This document shows positions 1 through 13,933 of a stretch of 64,000 nt of DNA, in pieces. Both the position numbers and the translations under genes were made by a program. The DNA is from Lingula anatina (taxonomy: Eukaryota; Animalia; Brachiopoda). The notes under the pieces are model-generated. The model searched no databases. It was not told the origin of the DNA and saw nothing but the letters and a program-made list of their open reading frames with translations. The stretch is from contig CM120646.1 in the NCBI GenBank assembly GCA_051362555.1, positions 3,720,001 through 3,784,000 of the forward strand, in the 5' to 3' direction. Every line of letters begins with the position of its first letter. Within the stretch, counting starts at the first letter, position 1.

Positions 1-609
1 GTTATCCACTGGGATCCACCTCCCAAACTGGGGCTCTCCCGACAATACCGACTGACTCTGAATGAGATCGAGAGACCTGAGGGCGAGTCTCAAACGCTAG
101 CTACTCGTGTAGGACATTACCCCCTCCCGGCACATTTTTTAACCACGTCAGTCATATTTTAGTATATATTGAACGCAGACGAAATAAGATGAAGCCATAG
201 AAAATTATGCCGCAATCGCCGTTTTGAATGGTTACCCCCTCACCCAACCCTCAATTAAAATGTGCTCCCTGTGTGACTGGTAGAAATTAACGTGGGAACG
301 TACAAAGGAGAGGAATGTATACATGTGCATTACCCAATTTACACATTGACCCAATCTTCATAGATTTCCCCACTAGAAGACACCTCTGTTTTGATACAAC
401 ATATACTGTCATCTGCATCCTTTCAAAAAAGGTAAAATTAGATTCACTTAGGTGAATCCAAATAAAAAGATTAATACCCATGTAATTTTACATATACATG
501 TAGGATTGCTAATTCACAAGGCAGCAACCTGTTGCACGCAGTTGAATAATCACAGCTGATAATTTTGTTGCAGCAAGGTCACATTTTATTTGCAGATCAC
601 GTAAACAAC

Positions 610-2755
610 ATGGCGATCCATTTAGAACGCCCTACCTTCATCGGCCGAGAAAAAGAAACAAAGCTTATTACAGATTCTTGGACACAGCATCGGATATTTG
701 GTATCTATGGTCCTCCCGGCATTGGAAAGACAAGCTTAACGCGGGAGATTTTGAGACAGGTGTCTGCAAAGAGGTACAATGGTAGCCTATGCACCTCATT
801 CGTGTCGATGCAAAGTGTAAACAGTGCAAAAGACTTCTTTAAATATGTTGCTCTTGAATTATTAGAAAAAACAGATCCTTTGCTTACCATCGAATCAACA
901 ACTGAGCGTCTTCTGCAGCGACAAATCATTTGAAAAATATTACGACATGTGTGCTGATTTTTGAAAAATGCGAACACATCGCCGAGTCTGCGGCAACTAC
1001 GAGAAGTGTCAGCCATGACCTGCAGAATGTGCTGCTCACGTTTGTGTATGACGTCACAACCAAGTGTCCTGATGTGAGGGTCTTCATCGTTTCTCGCACC
1101 AAGTTACAATTTGCAAGACTGAATAGAATATATTTTGAGCTGAGTTTAATGCCACTTTGTATTTCAGACGCAAAAGCGTTATTACTTGACATAGTTTCCC
1201 ACTCCGATGCAGAAAATGAGGGTTCATTTAAAGACAAAAATACTTTGACTAAACTTGCAGAACAATGTGCAAGATTGCCTCTTGCTTTAATCATTGTAGG
1301 TAAGTAAAATATATACTGTATGCATTTTTTAAAAGTAATATATCGCACAACTTGTGTATACACCTGTTATTCTAACCAATATAAACATCTCCCTTTAACA
1401 TAAACTATAACACAACCAAAAATAATAACAATCTTTATTTTTTGGGAAAAAAATCCCTCTATATTTAGAGGGCCATTCAGGGCCATTCATTTTTGTTAAG
1501 GCTCCCGGGTTTTTATTACTACATATTTAATTTCTGAACATTACTTTTCTATTAAATAATTTATTCATTTTGTTAAAATATTTTCTTCAGAATATGTACC
1601 TCGAATTTTTCTAGGGAGCGTACTACGCGATGGTATTCTGAGCCCAAGTGAAATGTTGGACCTCATGAAGGAAGAGCGGCTGAAAGCTCTCAGTGACGAT
1701 AGTTTCTCTGACTCTGAGATAATAGGTAGGTTTACTTTGGAGAATGAAACGTTCAGACAATTATCAATAATACTGTGATTTGTTAAGACACAAAATAAGG
1801 TATATATAGGATGACAAAAATGTGTTTATAAAAATCATATATGTTGGAATAATAATTTCACCCTTTCGAGTTACTTTAGCTCTCTTTAAAAGTAGCCGAA
1901 TACAATGTAGAAGAAATTTAATATAGTATTGTTTTTATTTAGTGATCATATCGGAAAAATCACACGTCAACATTTTAACTAAGTAAAAATAAAGTTAAGA
2001 CGATATATAAAAGATGTTTTTATTTAGTTTATGTATACGGTATGTGTTTTTATTATTATTTTAGATAAAGTGATAAGAAATCACCTTGCCCGACTGACGG
2101 AAGTTTTCAGACAGCACTTAGCGGCCATAGGTTACATCCCTGGTCATTTCAGCAAAGAGGCCGTTGCTGCAGTTTTGGGTATGGTTAGATACATCTTGAA
2201 TATGTCATTTTGTCTAATACATGTATACAGCCATCCGAGACAAAAGCGAGAAGACGAATTTTGAAATCACCATTACGCCTGATGAAAGTCGGTGACACTG
2301 ATGAAGCAAAAACCTGGGAGCTTGAATGTACAGTTCTTTTGTATATGGAATTGATATCAGCTGTGTCATTTCCAAAGATCACAGATACTCGAATGAAATG
2401 GTCTGACTTGACCGATATAAAAAAGTGTAAGATGAGTGGTATGAAGAGAGATATCACTGTATCTGAAGAAAACCTCTGTTTATTATATTACAAGATGCAT
2501 TTGGAGTGTATAAATGTCTAATTTGTTTCACTCTAACCCTAACCTAACTCTCTCTTTTTCCTCCTCTTTCTCTCTCTCAGTAGACACTGAACTTTCATTT
2601 TATACAAGTAAAGACATGATGCATATTGAAGGTTAAAAGTCTTCTATTATATCTTGTAGCGTATTGCACATGGTAAGAGTTGAAGAAGCTTGGTTCATAT
2701 CCTTATCAATACTAACACTGTTTTTAATACACGTCAATTAGACTGGTGTTCCCAA

Positions 2756-2821
<66 letters not shown>

Positions 2822-5800
2822 TAGGCATCAAGCAAGAAACTGGTGGCGGTAAAGTCGTGAAGGAACTATCAAGAGTGTCCATTATACATGAAGAATCAGC
2901 AGGATTGTCCTTAGTACAGAGGCAAAAGATGAGATATGACATCCACTCGTTAATGAGAGAATATGTGGAAAAGCATGTGCGGATAAGGGAATTACCAGGT
3001 TAGTTCTGTCAAAGTATTAAAAGGTTTCTGAACACAGGTAGAGTGTGCCATATGATATCCATTTTATCTGCAGTTACGAGAATTACTAAGTTTATGGTAA
3101 TATTAAATTAATACAGGACTAAATCGTTTTGAGTATAAGGGATCATTTTTAATGAAACTATCGCTATACGTAGATCGATCAAATTCCACGGGATCTCTTG
3201 CTCAGTGCAAGCAGATTAACAGATTTACGCGACTCCACTTGGCGTTGAGAATAATACAGGAAAGTTGGCCATTAAACGGGCATGTTGGAAAAAAGAGGAG
3301 ACGTGTTTATATGTTAATCTGATTGCATATAAAGAAGAAACCTGACGGAGTTGAGTCGATCTACGTAAAACAATAGTTTCATTATAAATAAGCCCTCAAT
3401 CGTCTCATTCTAAAGTCAACATACTGTGTTCTTTCCAGAGGTTAGGCTCCGTTATAGTAAGTTTTTCGCAGATATTCTTCAGTGTGTTAATAACCAAATG
3501 CAGTCCAAGAACTCAAACACTGCCACTGCCACCATGGACGTGGAATGGAAGAACTTGGAGAAGCTGCTCACTCAGGCGATGCATTGTACTGAAGACAGCT
3601 ACAAAAGTTTTATCAAAGTGGCTATGTTGGCAGAATACCCTATCATCAACTTTTTCCAAAGTATGTTATGTTTTATTTTTTATTATTCTATCCTAGAAAT
3701 GGGTCAAGTCACAAGTATACAAGCACTGTAGTTAATTTGTTTGATTTGGTGTTTTGTATCTTGTCTGTAAAGTTTTATGCATATGAAAGTATTTGCTGAT
3801 TTGCTTGTGAATATGTATTTGCTGTTTTTTTTTTTGCCATGTCATCCATTGAAGAGAATTAATTCGAAGGCCATTTAGTAGGGTGAATTAAAGCATGCAG
3901 ATGTTTATGGTATAATAATTCAAGAATCTCAAATACATAACTTTTGTTTATATATTTTAGAAACATGTTTCACTAACCGTACTATTAATATTATGGATAA
4001 GTTATTTATTATGCAGAGGATAGCATTGGCTTCTATGAAGACATGATGGAGCAGTCTAGAATGTTTGATGGTGCCGACCACAGACATCATGGACTTATGC
4101 TATCTGCATATGCACAAGCGGTGACCAATATTGAGGTACATAAATAATCATTTGATTTGCAAGACTTTCTAAATTTATGAGATATTTATGAATATCTCTC
4201 TTATTATTGGGTTTGATGGGAGTTTCAGCTCACGAAGAGTGGGAAGTTATTGCGAGGAATTTTATATTCATCCCTGATATCGTACGTTTTGTGTCCAGTT
4301 TGGTTTAAAATGACCCTACTTATTTTATGTAATGTTATAACATTTGCTTCGGCAATGAATTGTATTTGTATGTATAAATTTATATCAGTGCCATTTGTTT
4401 GTTTGTTTGTTTTTTTATTGTTGATTTGTTTTTGTTTTTTTTTTTTGTTTTTTTTTGTTTTTTTTTTTTTTTTGTATATTTATCCCTTTCACTCAGTTGC
4501 AACCATATTCAATCGTGAGTCCTCTAGCGTTGTGTTAAACTGATTTTAGTATTAAATATGATCACAACCAACTAATATCGATGTTTTGACTGTGTAATAT
4601 TTCAGGGTGATATACGAAAAGGCATAGCTTATTATGAGAAGGCGAGGTTCATTCTTTCCGCCAAGGGTACTCCTGTAGACATGGCCTCTCTGTATCAGCA
4701 TCTTGGTTGGAATTACTACAAGACTGGCGACCTGAATAAGTCACAACAGTACGTTTTTCTTTGAAGATTTTAAGATGAAAGTTTACTTTTGTTTATACGG
4801 GTAACCAGCGAAACGCTTTTGCTCGAAGCTACGTAAATTGTAATAAAAATACTTTGATCTATTTTATGGTACACGCCACACACGTTATGCGTATGCTCTG
4901 GTCTGACCTCTTGCATCAGAATTATCAATTTAGAACGATCATATATGACGACCACATTTGTGCCGTAAGAAGTATCACATTGGGTTGAAAAGGTACAAAC
5001 AACAGACGTTTCCTTCAAAACCGAATATACTTGCTGCTTGTAGTTTTTAGACATAAATATCTCTCAAAAGTTGTTCTAGGTAATGCAATGTCAATTGTTC
5101 ATACTTTCTTTTAAGATTCTGAAAAAAAAACACAAAAACAAGAAACGCAGTGCAGACCGTGTAGCGTGTAGAAATTTTGATTCTGAATAAAATGAACGTG
5201 ATGCTGTAAAGGTGATCACAACCGAAGTTTCCTTAAAAAACGAATATGCTTCTCTGTTGTTATCTACCAGTTTCCGTGGCGGAGGTTTACGCCCTCTGAG
5301 TGCTTTTGTAGCATCAGTTATGTGTTTCCTTTAATATAGATGGCGTTTTATTCACAGGTATCTTCAGGAGGCATACAAACTGGAAGAGGAGGGGGGTATG
5401 CACACAAACGTTGTTATGTGCCAAACACTCTCGATCTTGGGGCTTGTCTCAACAGGGATGGGTGAGTGAAATCATCACGTCATATAATTATCATCGCTTT
5501 GATTAAATAAAAAGAAATAAACAGGAAAAGAAAGCATCAAATTTTTCTTATTCAAGAAATGGAGCTGTATATGGGGATAGATTTTAGTTTGTACTAGTAA
5601 GCCGTCCAGCCCGTGTAGCAATATATGTGTTTATCATCTAGATTTTTGTATTTTATTAGCTAGAGAAGGAGTGAAATCACCCTTTTTTAATATAAGAATG
5701 ATAATTTCAGGAAAGCTAGAGGAGGCCATACGTTATTTTATGCACTCTTTAAAGTTACGGGTGTCCAACTTTGGAGAACATCCTTCCATCGGGAGTATCT

Positions 5801-6648
5801 ACAACAATATGGGATTGACATATCTTGAGCAGGGAGATGATGACCGAGCACTGAAGAATTTTGAACTTGGTCTGAAATACAAACGAAAATTTATGAAGCA
5901 ACCCAATTTAGCCGTGGTTGACTCTCTAAGTAATACAGCGATGCTTTACGTCAAAAAAGGAGATACTGAGAGAGCTTTGCCTATGCTGCAGGAGGCGTTA
6001 GCTATGTGTCAGAAAATTGGGAAGACGACAGATATAGCTCTCATTTATGATAATTTTGGACATGTTTGTATGATGAACAAGGAGTTTCTTAAAGCTGAGG
6101 GTTACTTTCAGAAAGCTGTTGATACCCGGAGAGAACATACACCTAATCATTTCACATTGGTTGAACACCTGCTTCATTTAGGACAGGCACAGGCTGAGCA
6201 AATATACGAGGCAGTGGCTCAACGAGTTGACCAAGAAAACGTGGCACCAAATGGACGAACAGCGGTTGCTGAAAATAACAGCAATGGGTGTGAACAAGTG
6301 TTTGGACGCCTTGCTGGTATTTTGTCGACGGATGAACAGAACACCATGCCCAAGGCGACTGGTAGACCACGCCAAGGAGTTCTACGCTGTGACCAATGTC
6401 GAAATTTATATCAACAAAGTCTGTCCAACTTGCAAGAAGCTGCCAATTTAACTCCACAGGTTCATGAGCAATGGCCAAGGTCTAAAATGCCGTTCACAGT
6501 TTACAAGGAATTGGCAAAGCTTTACAGGATGGCTGGTGAAGACAGAGCATCGACGGAAAACGAAAAGTTGGCAAAGAGGGAAGTGACGCGTTTGAATAGA
6601 CTTACTGTACCAGTACAAGTTGAAGAATTTTCGTTGGAGGAAGCATGA
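610..6648 (+). CDS. NB-ARC-type STAND NTPase with winged-helix and C-terminal TPR repeats (NLR-like); one frameshift near 916-920
   Basis: Nine GT-AG exons with compatible phases: 610-1299, 1615-1725, 2065-2178, 2825-2998, 3439-3660, 4017-4135, 4606-4748, 5358-5461, 5711-6648. Motifs: Walker A GPPGIGKT, Walker B-like VLIFEKCEH, sensor-1-like FIVSR, GxP-like CARLPLAL, MHD-like RYDIHSLMREY, and TPR helices (IYNNMGLTYLEQGDDDRALKNFELGL; SLSNTAMLYVKKGDTERALPMLQEAL). ORFs 565-933 and 930-1307 join only if one base is restored. Further 5' exons may lie outside the window (acceptor-like ttgcag ends at 595). Confidence 0.85.
2760..2819. repeat. (TA)n microsatellite directly before an exon acceptor
   Basis: About 30 TA units seen directly; the acceptor AG is at 2823-2824. 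Confidence 0.95.
3139..3395. mobile_element. MITE (GGG...CCC ends, Harbinger/Tourist-like) in an intron
   Basis: Inverted repeat aatgaaactatcgctatacgtagatcga (3151-3178) vs tcgatctacgtaaaacaatagtttcatt (3356-3383). Outer ends are taa-GGG and CCC-tca. Confidence 0.65.
5274..5311 (+). mobile_element. 3' terminal remnant of a Helentron-associated (HINE/DINE-1-like) element
   Basis: ccgtggcggaggtttacgccctctgagtgcttttgtag resembles the 3' end at 32673-32710 (ccttggcggaggtctgcgctctcgtagtgcttttctag). Confidence 0.55.
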
Positions 6649-8605
6649 CATTTGCTATAAGAATAAAGGCAATCGATAGATTAGGGAAGGGTGTCTGTAG
6701 GATTCAAAATGATGATATGGAATATACCGGTACCGTGTATTTGATAGTGACAATATTTTTTTCAAAAGCAAAAAAAAAAAATGTTCAGGTTAGGCTGGAT
6801 TAAATAGTTTAGCTCTTTGAAAAACAGCTCAATGGTGCTAGTACAAAAGTAACTGGATTTTAATTACAAACAGCTTCTGATTGGCATTTTAATTGAGTGG
6901 ATTGAACAAAATGAATTCACCGGCTGAACATACAGCATAGTCTGATGATGTGTCTTTAAGAGGATAGTCATTATGCTCCTAGAACATATTTTTGATGAGT
7001 TCTTTATAAAATGTAAGATTTTCTCAATCTCTCAGTCATTAAACGTCTTAGAGATCCAAGATGATCCAAATTATATAATACCATGTATGCTGTAGACTTA
7101 AAACGGCTGCCACCCTCCATTATAATTGCTTCGCCACCGGCCCTGAGACACATCTAGCAAAATCTGATTCAGTCAGCCGATTGTGACATGACAACTGTGA
7201 AAGGATGAATCAAAATATTCGTTTTATTCACCAAAATTTGAACTATTATTCCTGGCATACATCTTCTTTATAAATGTCTTTAATTATCCAATACTTATCA
7301 TTTATAATTGTTTAAGACGATAGTTTATCTTATCTGACTGGCAGTCAAAGACTCTAAAATGAGTTTTATCTTGTGCGATTCTTGTGCAATTAAGTAACTG
7401 AAGCAGCTGCATCGAACAAATATCAAACAAAAATGACTGTATTGTAATGCACTGCTCTGTATTATGGGACTCTGCAAAATAAAAAAAAATTGCATTACCA
7501 CATGTGACAAGTATGATATTATGAAATCAGTTCAAGTCACGTTTTGGTTCTTTCTGAAGAGTAATATTAAATATTAGAACTTTAAGTGCCATTTCACGAG
7601 AAGACAACCAAATCAGTCAAAATGTGGCAAGGTGGGTGAGGGTTGACAGATTCAACCAATATTTTTTTTGTGTGTGTGTGTTTGATAACTATAACAAAGA
7701 ATGGTGAAATCACACCTTCAAAAAATCTGAAAATTTTTGAAAAAAAATAGATATTGACATCTGAAATTTGGGGGTCCTGACTACACAAAATATTGTAACG
7801 AAAGACGTGAAAGTTGTTTGAAAACCCCATGAAGGGTTTTACATTTCAGCTTTAACTCTTCCTTTTATCTAAGGGTCCATACCAAAACCTTTCGGACAGT
7901 GCATAACTAAAATGTCAATCACGTTGCTGTAGTAACGAACTTTGCCCATGAAAGAGGAAACAAAATTAAGGTCCAAATGTAACACTCACCGATTGGTAAT
8001 TTTCGCCTAACACAGCACTTTATTTGAATGAAATAAGGCAATTTTTGAAAAGTTAAGGACTTGAGCTTTGTAATTATGCAATAAAAAATTCTTCACCTAG
8101 TCAGACTACGTTGAGATAGACGTCTGAAATGAAGGGTATGAGCGGTGCGTTATGCTGTGGTTCATTTCCATGGTGCGGATAAAATACGCCTGATTTTTAT
8201 TAATTGTACTTTTTTGTTCATTAGTAATATCATTCACAATATTCTAAATAGTATTTTCGAAATTATTGTTGTAATTTGTTTCAAGACAAAGACAAAAATA
8301 TATATGTTTCTTAAGTTCATTTTTGTCATTCCAGCAAATTTAGTATAAGAAAAAATATATACACACAATATCTGCATATACATATGCCTACTTACACGCG
8401 CTCAAGCTTTCGTGTACAAGACTTAGGCGGCTCCAGCGATATTTTCTGACAGTCCAAATTATCTTTGTTGATCCATTCTCCATTTCTGTCTTCCGACAGA
8501 AAAAAAATCAGATATCCGTCAATGTAAACTTGAAAAGAAGACCCGGAAGACGGCCTCAATCCGCCACTAAGTGCATATACAAACACGTCTATATCCTTCC
8601 ACGTA

Positions 8606-8647
<42 letters not shown>

Positions 8648-9149
8648 TACTCGTAGCTGACAATCCTCGTTAAATTTAAAGTAGCAGCAAAGATGCCTGT
8701 TACAATTTAAAACTGTCAAGAACTCCATCAGAGATAAGCCACCTACTTTATAATATGCTTATCTACTTTAAAGCTAAAGACAAACAAAATAGTTCGAAAC
8801 TTTAGTCTATAACGTGCTTCCTCACAATCAACATGGGGAGATCTTCGGTTTAATACATGTAGTTATCGGTACTACACCGTTTTCTTGACAGCTACACCAT
8901 CATCATATATACTGCTAGGACAACTCCACGAAAACAACATACACTATTCATTAAACCATATATACACTGAGTAATGTTTATGGTGCACCCTTTTTCAAAA
9001 TGTTTACAATAATTAAAATAAAGAGATGGCAATGTAATGGGAATGAAAGAAAGAAACATTGGAGAGGCTTAATAATAGTTTTAAGAGGAAAAAGATTTTA
9101 AAAGGAAATCAATGCCCAAGTGCAGGGATTTCCATCACTGCATGTTTGT

Positions 9150-9193
<44 letters not shown>

Positions 9194-9347
9194 AATATGA
9201 AAATATCAACTTACTGATAGGCATAAGAAAGCCTTAGTTATTTTGCATTCGGGTGTCTTGTAATAACGGACGCCTCTTAATACATTCATGATACGAAATT
9301 TTTCACAACAACACGCCCTGTGTTCCCCACAGCTGCGTCCTCGCCTT

Positions 9348-11194
9348 TCATGGCCAAGATAACTCCACGAAAGGGGACAGAAAGCGCTCTACTGGATACT
9401 GTTGGTTTTCTATCCCATATTTCCTGCAAACAGCCAACAGCTTTTTCTTCGCTTCATCTACAGATTTCCCCTCAACAGCTACATGAAGTAATGGCTTCTC
9501 AAATGGTTCATTTTCCTCCAAGTTGGGCTCTATTGGAAAGAAAATTATTTCTCCTTCTTCGTGAGCCTCGGCAAGGATCTCCGCTGTAGCAATGCCCGGC
9601 CGCGATAGTGCCTCGGCGTGGGCTGTTGTGGTACACATGACCTCCATGAGCTGACACATTGGCTCCAATGGCCGGACGCTGGGTTGTATCCCACATGCAA
9701 TTAAGAAATTTAGGAAAAGGATATCCGTATCAAAGACGGCTAGTATCCAGTTCCGGTAATGGTATCCAGTCATTCTACCGTTGATCTCAATCAGTTTTGG
9801 CCCCATGGGTGTCATTTTAAACTCAATATTATACACACCATCAGTGAGACCAACTGCTCTAACACACTGGTGTGTGGCCGTTACCAACTGTCGTTGCTTG
9901 TCAAGTGGTAAACATGACGGCATACACGATGAAGTCTCGATAAAAAGCGGAAGGCGAGTAGGTCCACAATCAGAGATGAATGCCGCTAAAATCTTCCCTC
10001 GAAACATGACGATATCGACTCCATGCTTGGTTCCCCGTGCATACTCGGCTAGGTGTATTTCGTTGCCGTAACAATTTACTAACGCATTTGCGTCCTCAGC
10101 TTTTAAGATTTTCTGAACTGCGTTGAAGGACTTCAGGCATTCTGTCTCGTCTTTGACAAGGCTTACTCCAAGAGAACCTGACCCGTATTCTGGCTTCAAC
10201 AGTGCCGGATACTGAATAATGTTTGACGATCCCTTCACATCTTCAGGTTGGATAATATCGTGTGTAATGACTGCATAAACATTTGCGTTTGGCAGAGGAG
10301 AGCTCCTGACTGTAGATTCCACTAAAACTTTTTGAGTAAGGCTTTTCTTCTTAGTCTTTCTTGAAGCTTCAGGCGTATTACCAGGCAGGCGCAGTGCCTC
10401 GCACACCAGAGCCGTCAGAGGAACGTATTCATCAACAACGGTCATGCATCCGTCTACGACCAGGCCTTGAGTGCGAATTATTTGGTCAACTCTCTTGGTA
10501 ATTTCATCGTCATGACTCACGTCTTCTATGTCACATTGGATAAACTTGTATACACTTTTGGCCGCACTGTGATTAGGATCAGGGTCAATCAAAATGATCT
10601 AAAATGTGTAAGAAACATGCACATAAATATCCGTTTAATGAATGCCTTGACACTTCCCTAAAAGCCAAACAATTACATCTGATAAATTTAAACGGAGAAT
10701 GTATACCAAAAGAGATACATATTCAGTAAATTGAACAAATCACTTAAAATGGATATAATTTTTGGATTAACCAATAAATTAATCAATAAGTAAGTACATA
10801 AAATAAAATAAAATAAATGTGTACACCGCTTGTTGAAAACATTTACCTTCACAAAGTAATTCTCGGCAGCTTCCCAAACACACTTTTTGCTTACTTCTTC
10901 CCCTCCGCCAATTAGAAGGATTTGCTTTCCTCGAAGAAGGAACCGCTGACTACGATTGACCATGGTTGCCACCAGAGGTCGGACGCAACTTCCAAGCTTG
11001 GTCGGGTTTTGAAACTCGTAGATCTGCGTGTTCGCGATGGTTTTCCTGCCGTTATTGATGCTTACAACCACGGCGTCATAACTGCTGTCTTCTTGCTGTG
11101 TCAAGACAAAATTGACACCTGAAATATATAAAAAGATATTTTACCAATTTGCAATCAAGTCAAAGCGAGAGGATTGTGTTGAATTTTCGTTTTC

Positions 11195-11234
<40 letters not shown>

Positions 11235-12323
11235 CCATGTACATGATGTTGTTTAACGTAACTTAATCCCTGATTTACCTATTATGCCTGTATCTGACAA
11301 AAAACGTCCGCGTTTCTCTTTGTTCATACTCTCCTCGTGCTTCATCCAAATGTCCTCCGCCTTTTTCTTGATCATTGAACGGATCTGTAAATCACATATA
11401 TGATAGCTAATTAATATCTTCAGAGATTTTTTTTTTGGGGGGGGGAGGGGGGGCATAAATATGATACTCCAACGACAACCGCAATTTTCTGTGAAAATTG
11501 ACAAAAACACTGGAAACAATTGATCTAACTAATAAACATCCCGCATTGACATAAGTGAACTAGAAACGACAAAAGTTTCCAATTAGAATATATTGCTTCA
11601 TAGACGAACATTTTCAATTTTGGATCTGTCCTGCAATCCCCACTGAACTAGAAAGCTTTCCAGTGACACTGGTAAAGTGTTGTCACAATGAAGCGTTCTG
11701 TCCGAGTGACCAACGCCACAGACGACGTCTGAAACCAGCTGATTCCCGTTGGGAGTGCCGCAGACGACAGCTCGGATTGTACAGGACAACTCCTTGCTTT
11801 TGATGCCGACTAAAAATGAATAATGTGCACTTATAGTATTTGTTTCATAAATTTATAAGGAGAAAAAACAATGCTAATTAAGCTGTTGTGTGATCCCGTT
11901 ATGAGTAACATCATGTACGTGATATAATATAGTTTAGCGCAACCATAATATTAACTGATTATGCATAGTTTTAGAAACAGATAGTTTTAGAAACGATAAA
12001 ATTTTGCTGTTTCTAATACCGAAACGTACCTGCCTGTTCCTCGTAGTCAAGATGAGGGACTGGTAATTGTTTAAAGGTCTCACAAAATACCTCCACAATG
12101 ATGCTCTCCCCCTCTTCCAGAACATGTAGACCTTGACACATGGCGCTGTAGACGCCAGCTTGGTCATGGGCAGAATGGTAGGTCACTCTTCGTGAAGCAT
12201 GTACGCCTACTTTGACAACTACCTAGGGAAAAAAGTTATTTTGATGATTAAAAAGAAAGGAATTTTGTAAAAAAAAAAAAACAAAAAAAAAAAAAACAAT
12301 GCATGTTCTCTTTTGTTGATATT

Positions 12324-12356
<33 letters not shown>

Positions 12357-13933
12357 GAGAATTATTATCATAAACCTTTTTCATTCCTTTTTCAAGCAAG
12401 GAACTTTTAAATACAGCCAGTTCATTTTTGATCTTTTCTTTTCCGTCGTCTTTATTTTCAATAGCGACCACGTAAATATTGCGTCTCTCCTGGTTATAAG
12501 GCGTTCGTGATCTCCCGCACGAAAATGCAGTAGTATCGAAGTAGCAAAGAAGCATTAACGCAGTAGTGGTGTGGAGCATATTTGCAGTAGAAATGCAGTA
12601 TAGCCTACTGCAATTCTACTTCAAAAATTACATAGGGTTGTACAGAGAAGGAGCATTAATGCAGTAGATTAGCAGCATGATAGTAGCATGTTTCAAATAT
12701 GCCAATTAGCTCCCAATGCGAAGCAGATTTGAGGCATATTTGCAGTATGATTGCAGTAGTCTACTGCGCTGGAGCATCTACTGCGTTTTCGAGCGGGCTG
12801 TACAAAAATGCCAGCGTATCAGGATAGGCAACACCAGCGTCCACAACCAGAATACGAGTGAGAATTCGATCATCCAAACTCTTCATCAAATCTTGCTTGA
12901 CTCCCAGTGGGCATTCTAAATCTTTTTCAAAATCCACTTTGTAGCTGCGCATGCAAACATTGCTTTTCTCATCATCTACAATAAGATATGTATTTCATTT
13001 CATGCTTTTGCTAGAAAAATTTAATCCACAAAATGACGGCTAAGGAATTTTCAGGCTTAGAAATGCACAGAATTATATAATTTCATATAAAGTTGAAAAA
13101 GTAAATAGAAAGATATACAGTGGAAATATACAATAGGATGAGAAAGATACTTCAAACAAATTATATTTATTAATGAGACAAATAACTTGTAGTAAGATTA
13201 AAAAATGAATTAGACATTAATAGGTCTCGAAAATGTATGTGAAAATGAATAATCAAACAAACAAAAAGCTAAATGAATAAATACACGTTGACAGCTATTG
13301 TCATATGATGTTATATTTAACTTCTGGATATATATTATACCTGTAGCAAGGTTCATGAAGTAAGTGACACGACGAGGTGGAGTGAAGATGTCCAAAAATG
13401 TTCGACCACAAGAGTCAAATGTGACAGCCTTGTGTACTCGTAAGGTTTGCAGTTCTCCTTCATTGGTGGGTTCTTTCTGAAGCCATGTTAAAGAGGGTAC
13501 CAGTAACATACCACCAGGACACTGCTTCCCACCCTCTAAACACAGGTTCAGACAGGTGAGAGGTTCCCCCAGTACCACCATCGTGATCTCTTCAATCGTA
13601 GACTTTTTTGGCGGGTTCTGTAAAAATTTGCAAGTGATAGTGACATACTGTAGGAATACACATGAAAATGTACTTTTTCACATTAGAAGATAATTTGCTT
13701 CCATCCCTTTGACTGAAAGAAATAAGTTGCAAATTAGATGGAGGCCCATTTTTATGAGCGTTCATTGAAAAGTTCACTTGGGCCTTTTTGGATAAACTTA
13801 CGAAGTTTTGATTATTTCACATTACCTGAGTTCTCTCTACAGTTTCGGGCAAGTCATAAAATCCTAGTCCTTGCTGCAAATCATGCCAAAACGGACTTTT
13901 CTTGATTTCTTCGAGCATAAAGCAGTGGTCCAT
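9348..13933 (-). pseudogene. CARNS1: Carnosine synthase 1-like ATP-grasp ligase, copy 1; exon 3 interrupted by a MITE (candidate pseudogene unless spliced)
   Basis: Exons 13826-13933, 13341-13617, 12376-12975 (314 nt plus a 286 nt insertion), 12030-12222, 11610-11809, 11279-11384, 10847-11118, 9348-10598. CARNS1-like motifs: LPETVERT, LEGGKQCPGGMLL, TFLDIFTPPRRVTYF, DDRILTR, AAFISDCGPT, KLIEINGRM. Reading into the insertion gives ...AFLYSPLENAVDAPAQ*. I saw no other lesion. Confidence 0.8.
12514..12797. mobile_element. 284 bp MITE with CCC...GGG termini and 2-bp TSD (EnSpm/CMC-like)
   Basis: TIR cccgcacgaaaatgcagtag (12514-12533) vs ctactgcgttttcgagcggg (12778-12797), 18/20 match. TSD CT at 12512-13 and 12798-99. 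The empty site gtgatCTgtac is in paralog 2 near 24862-24872. Internal gcagtag motifs are repeated. Confidence 0.92.

Noticed and set aside
4250-4543. Hydrophobic Phe-rich ORF
   Set aside because: It is an artefact of an intronic poly-T tract.
7590-8600. Possible DNA transposon end and a weak inverted repeat (about 8410-8580)
   Set aside because: The match is too degenerate to set boundaries.
9781-10071. Plus-strand ORF repeated at 22046-22336 and 35149-35370
   Set aside because: It is an antisense shadow of the conserved CARNS1-like last exon.
11934-12167. 77 aa ORF nearly identical to 24297-24530
   Set aside because: It is an off-frame reading of exon 4 plus the converted intron; DNA identity explains the conservation.
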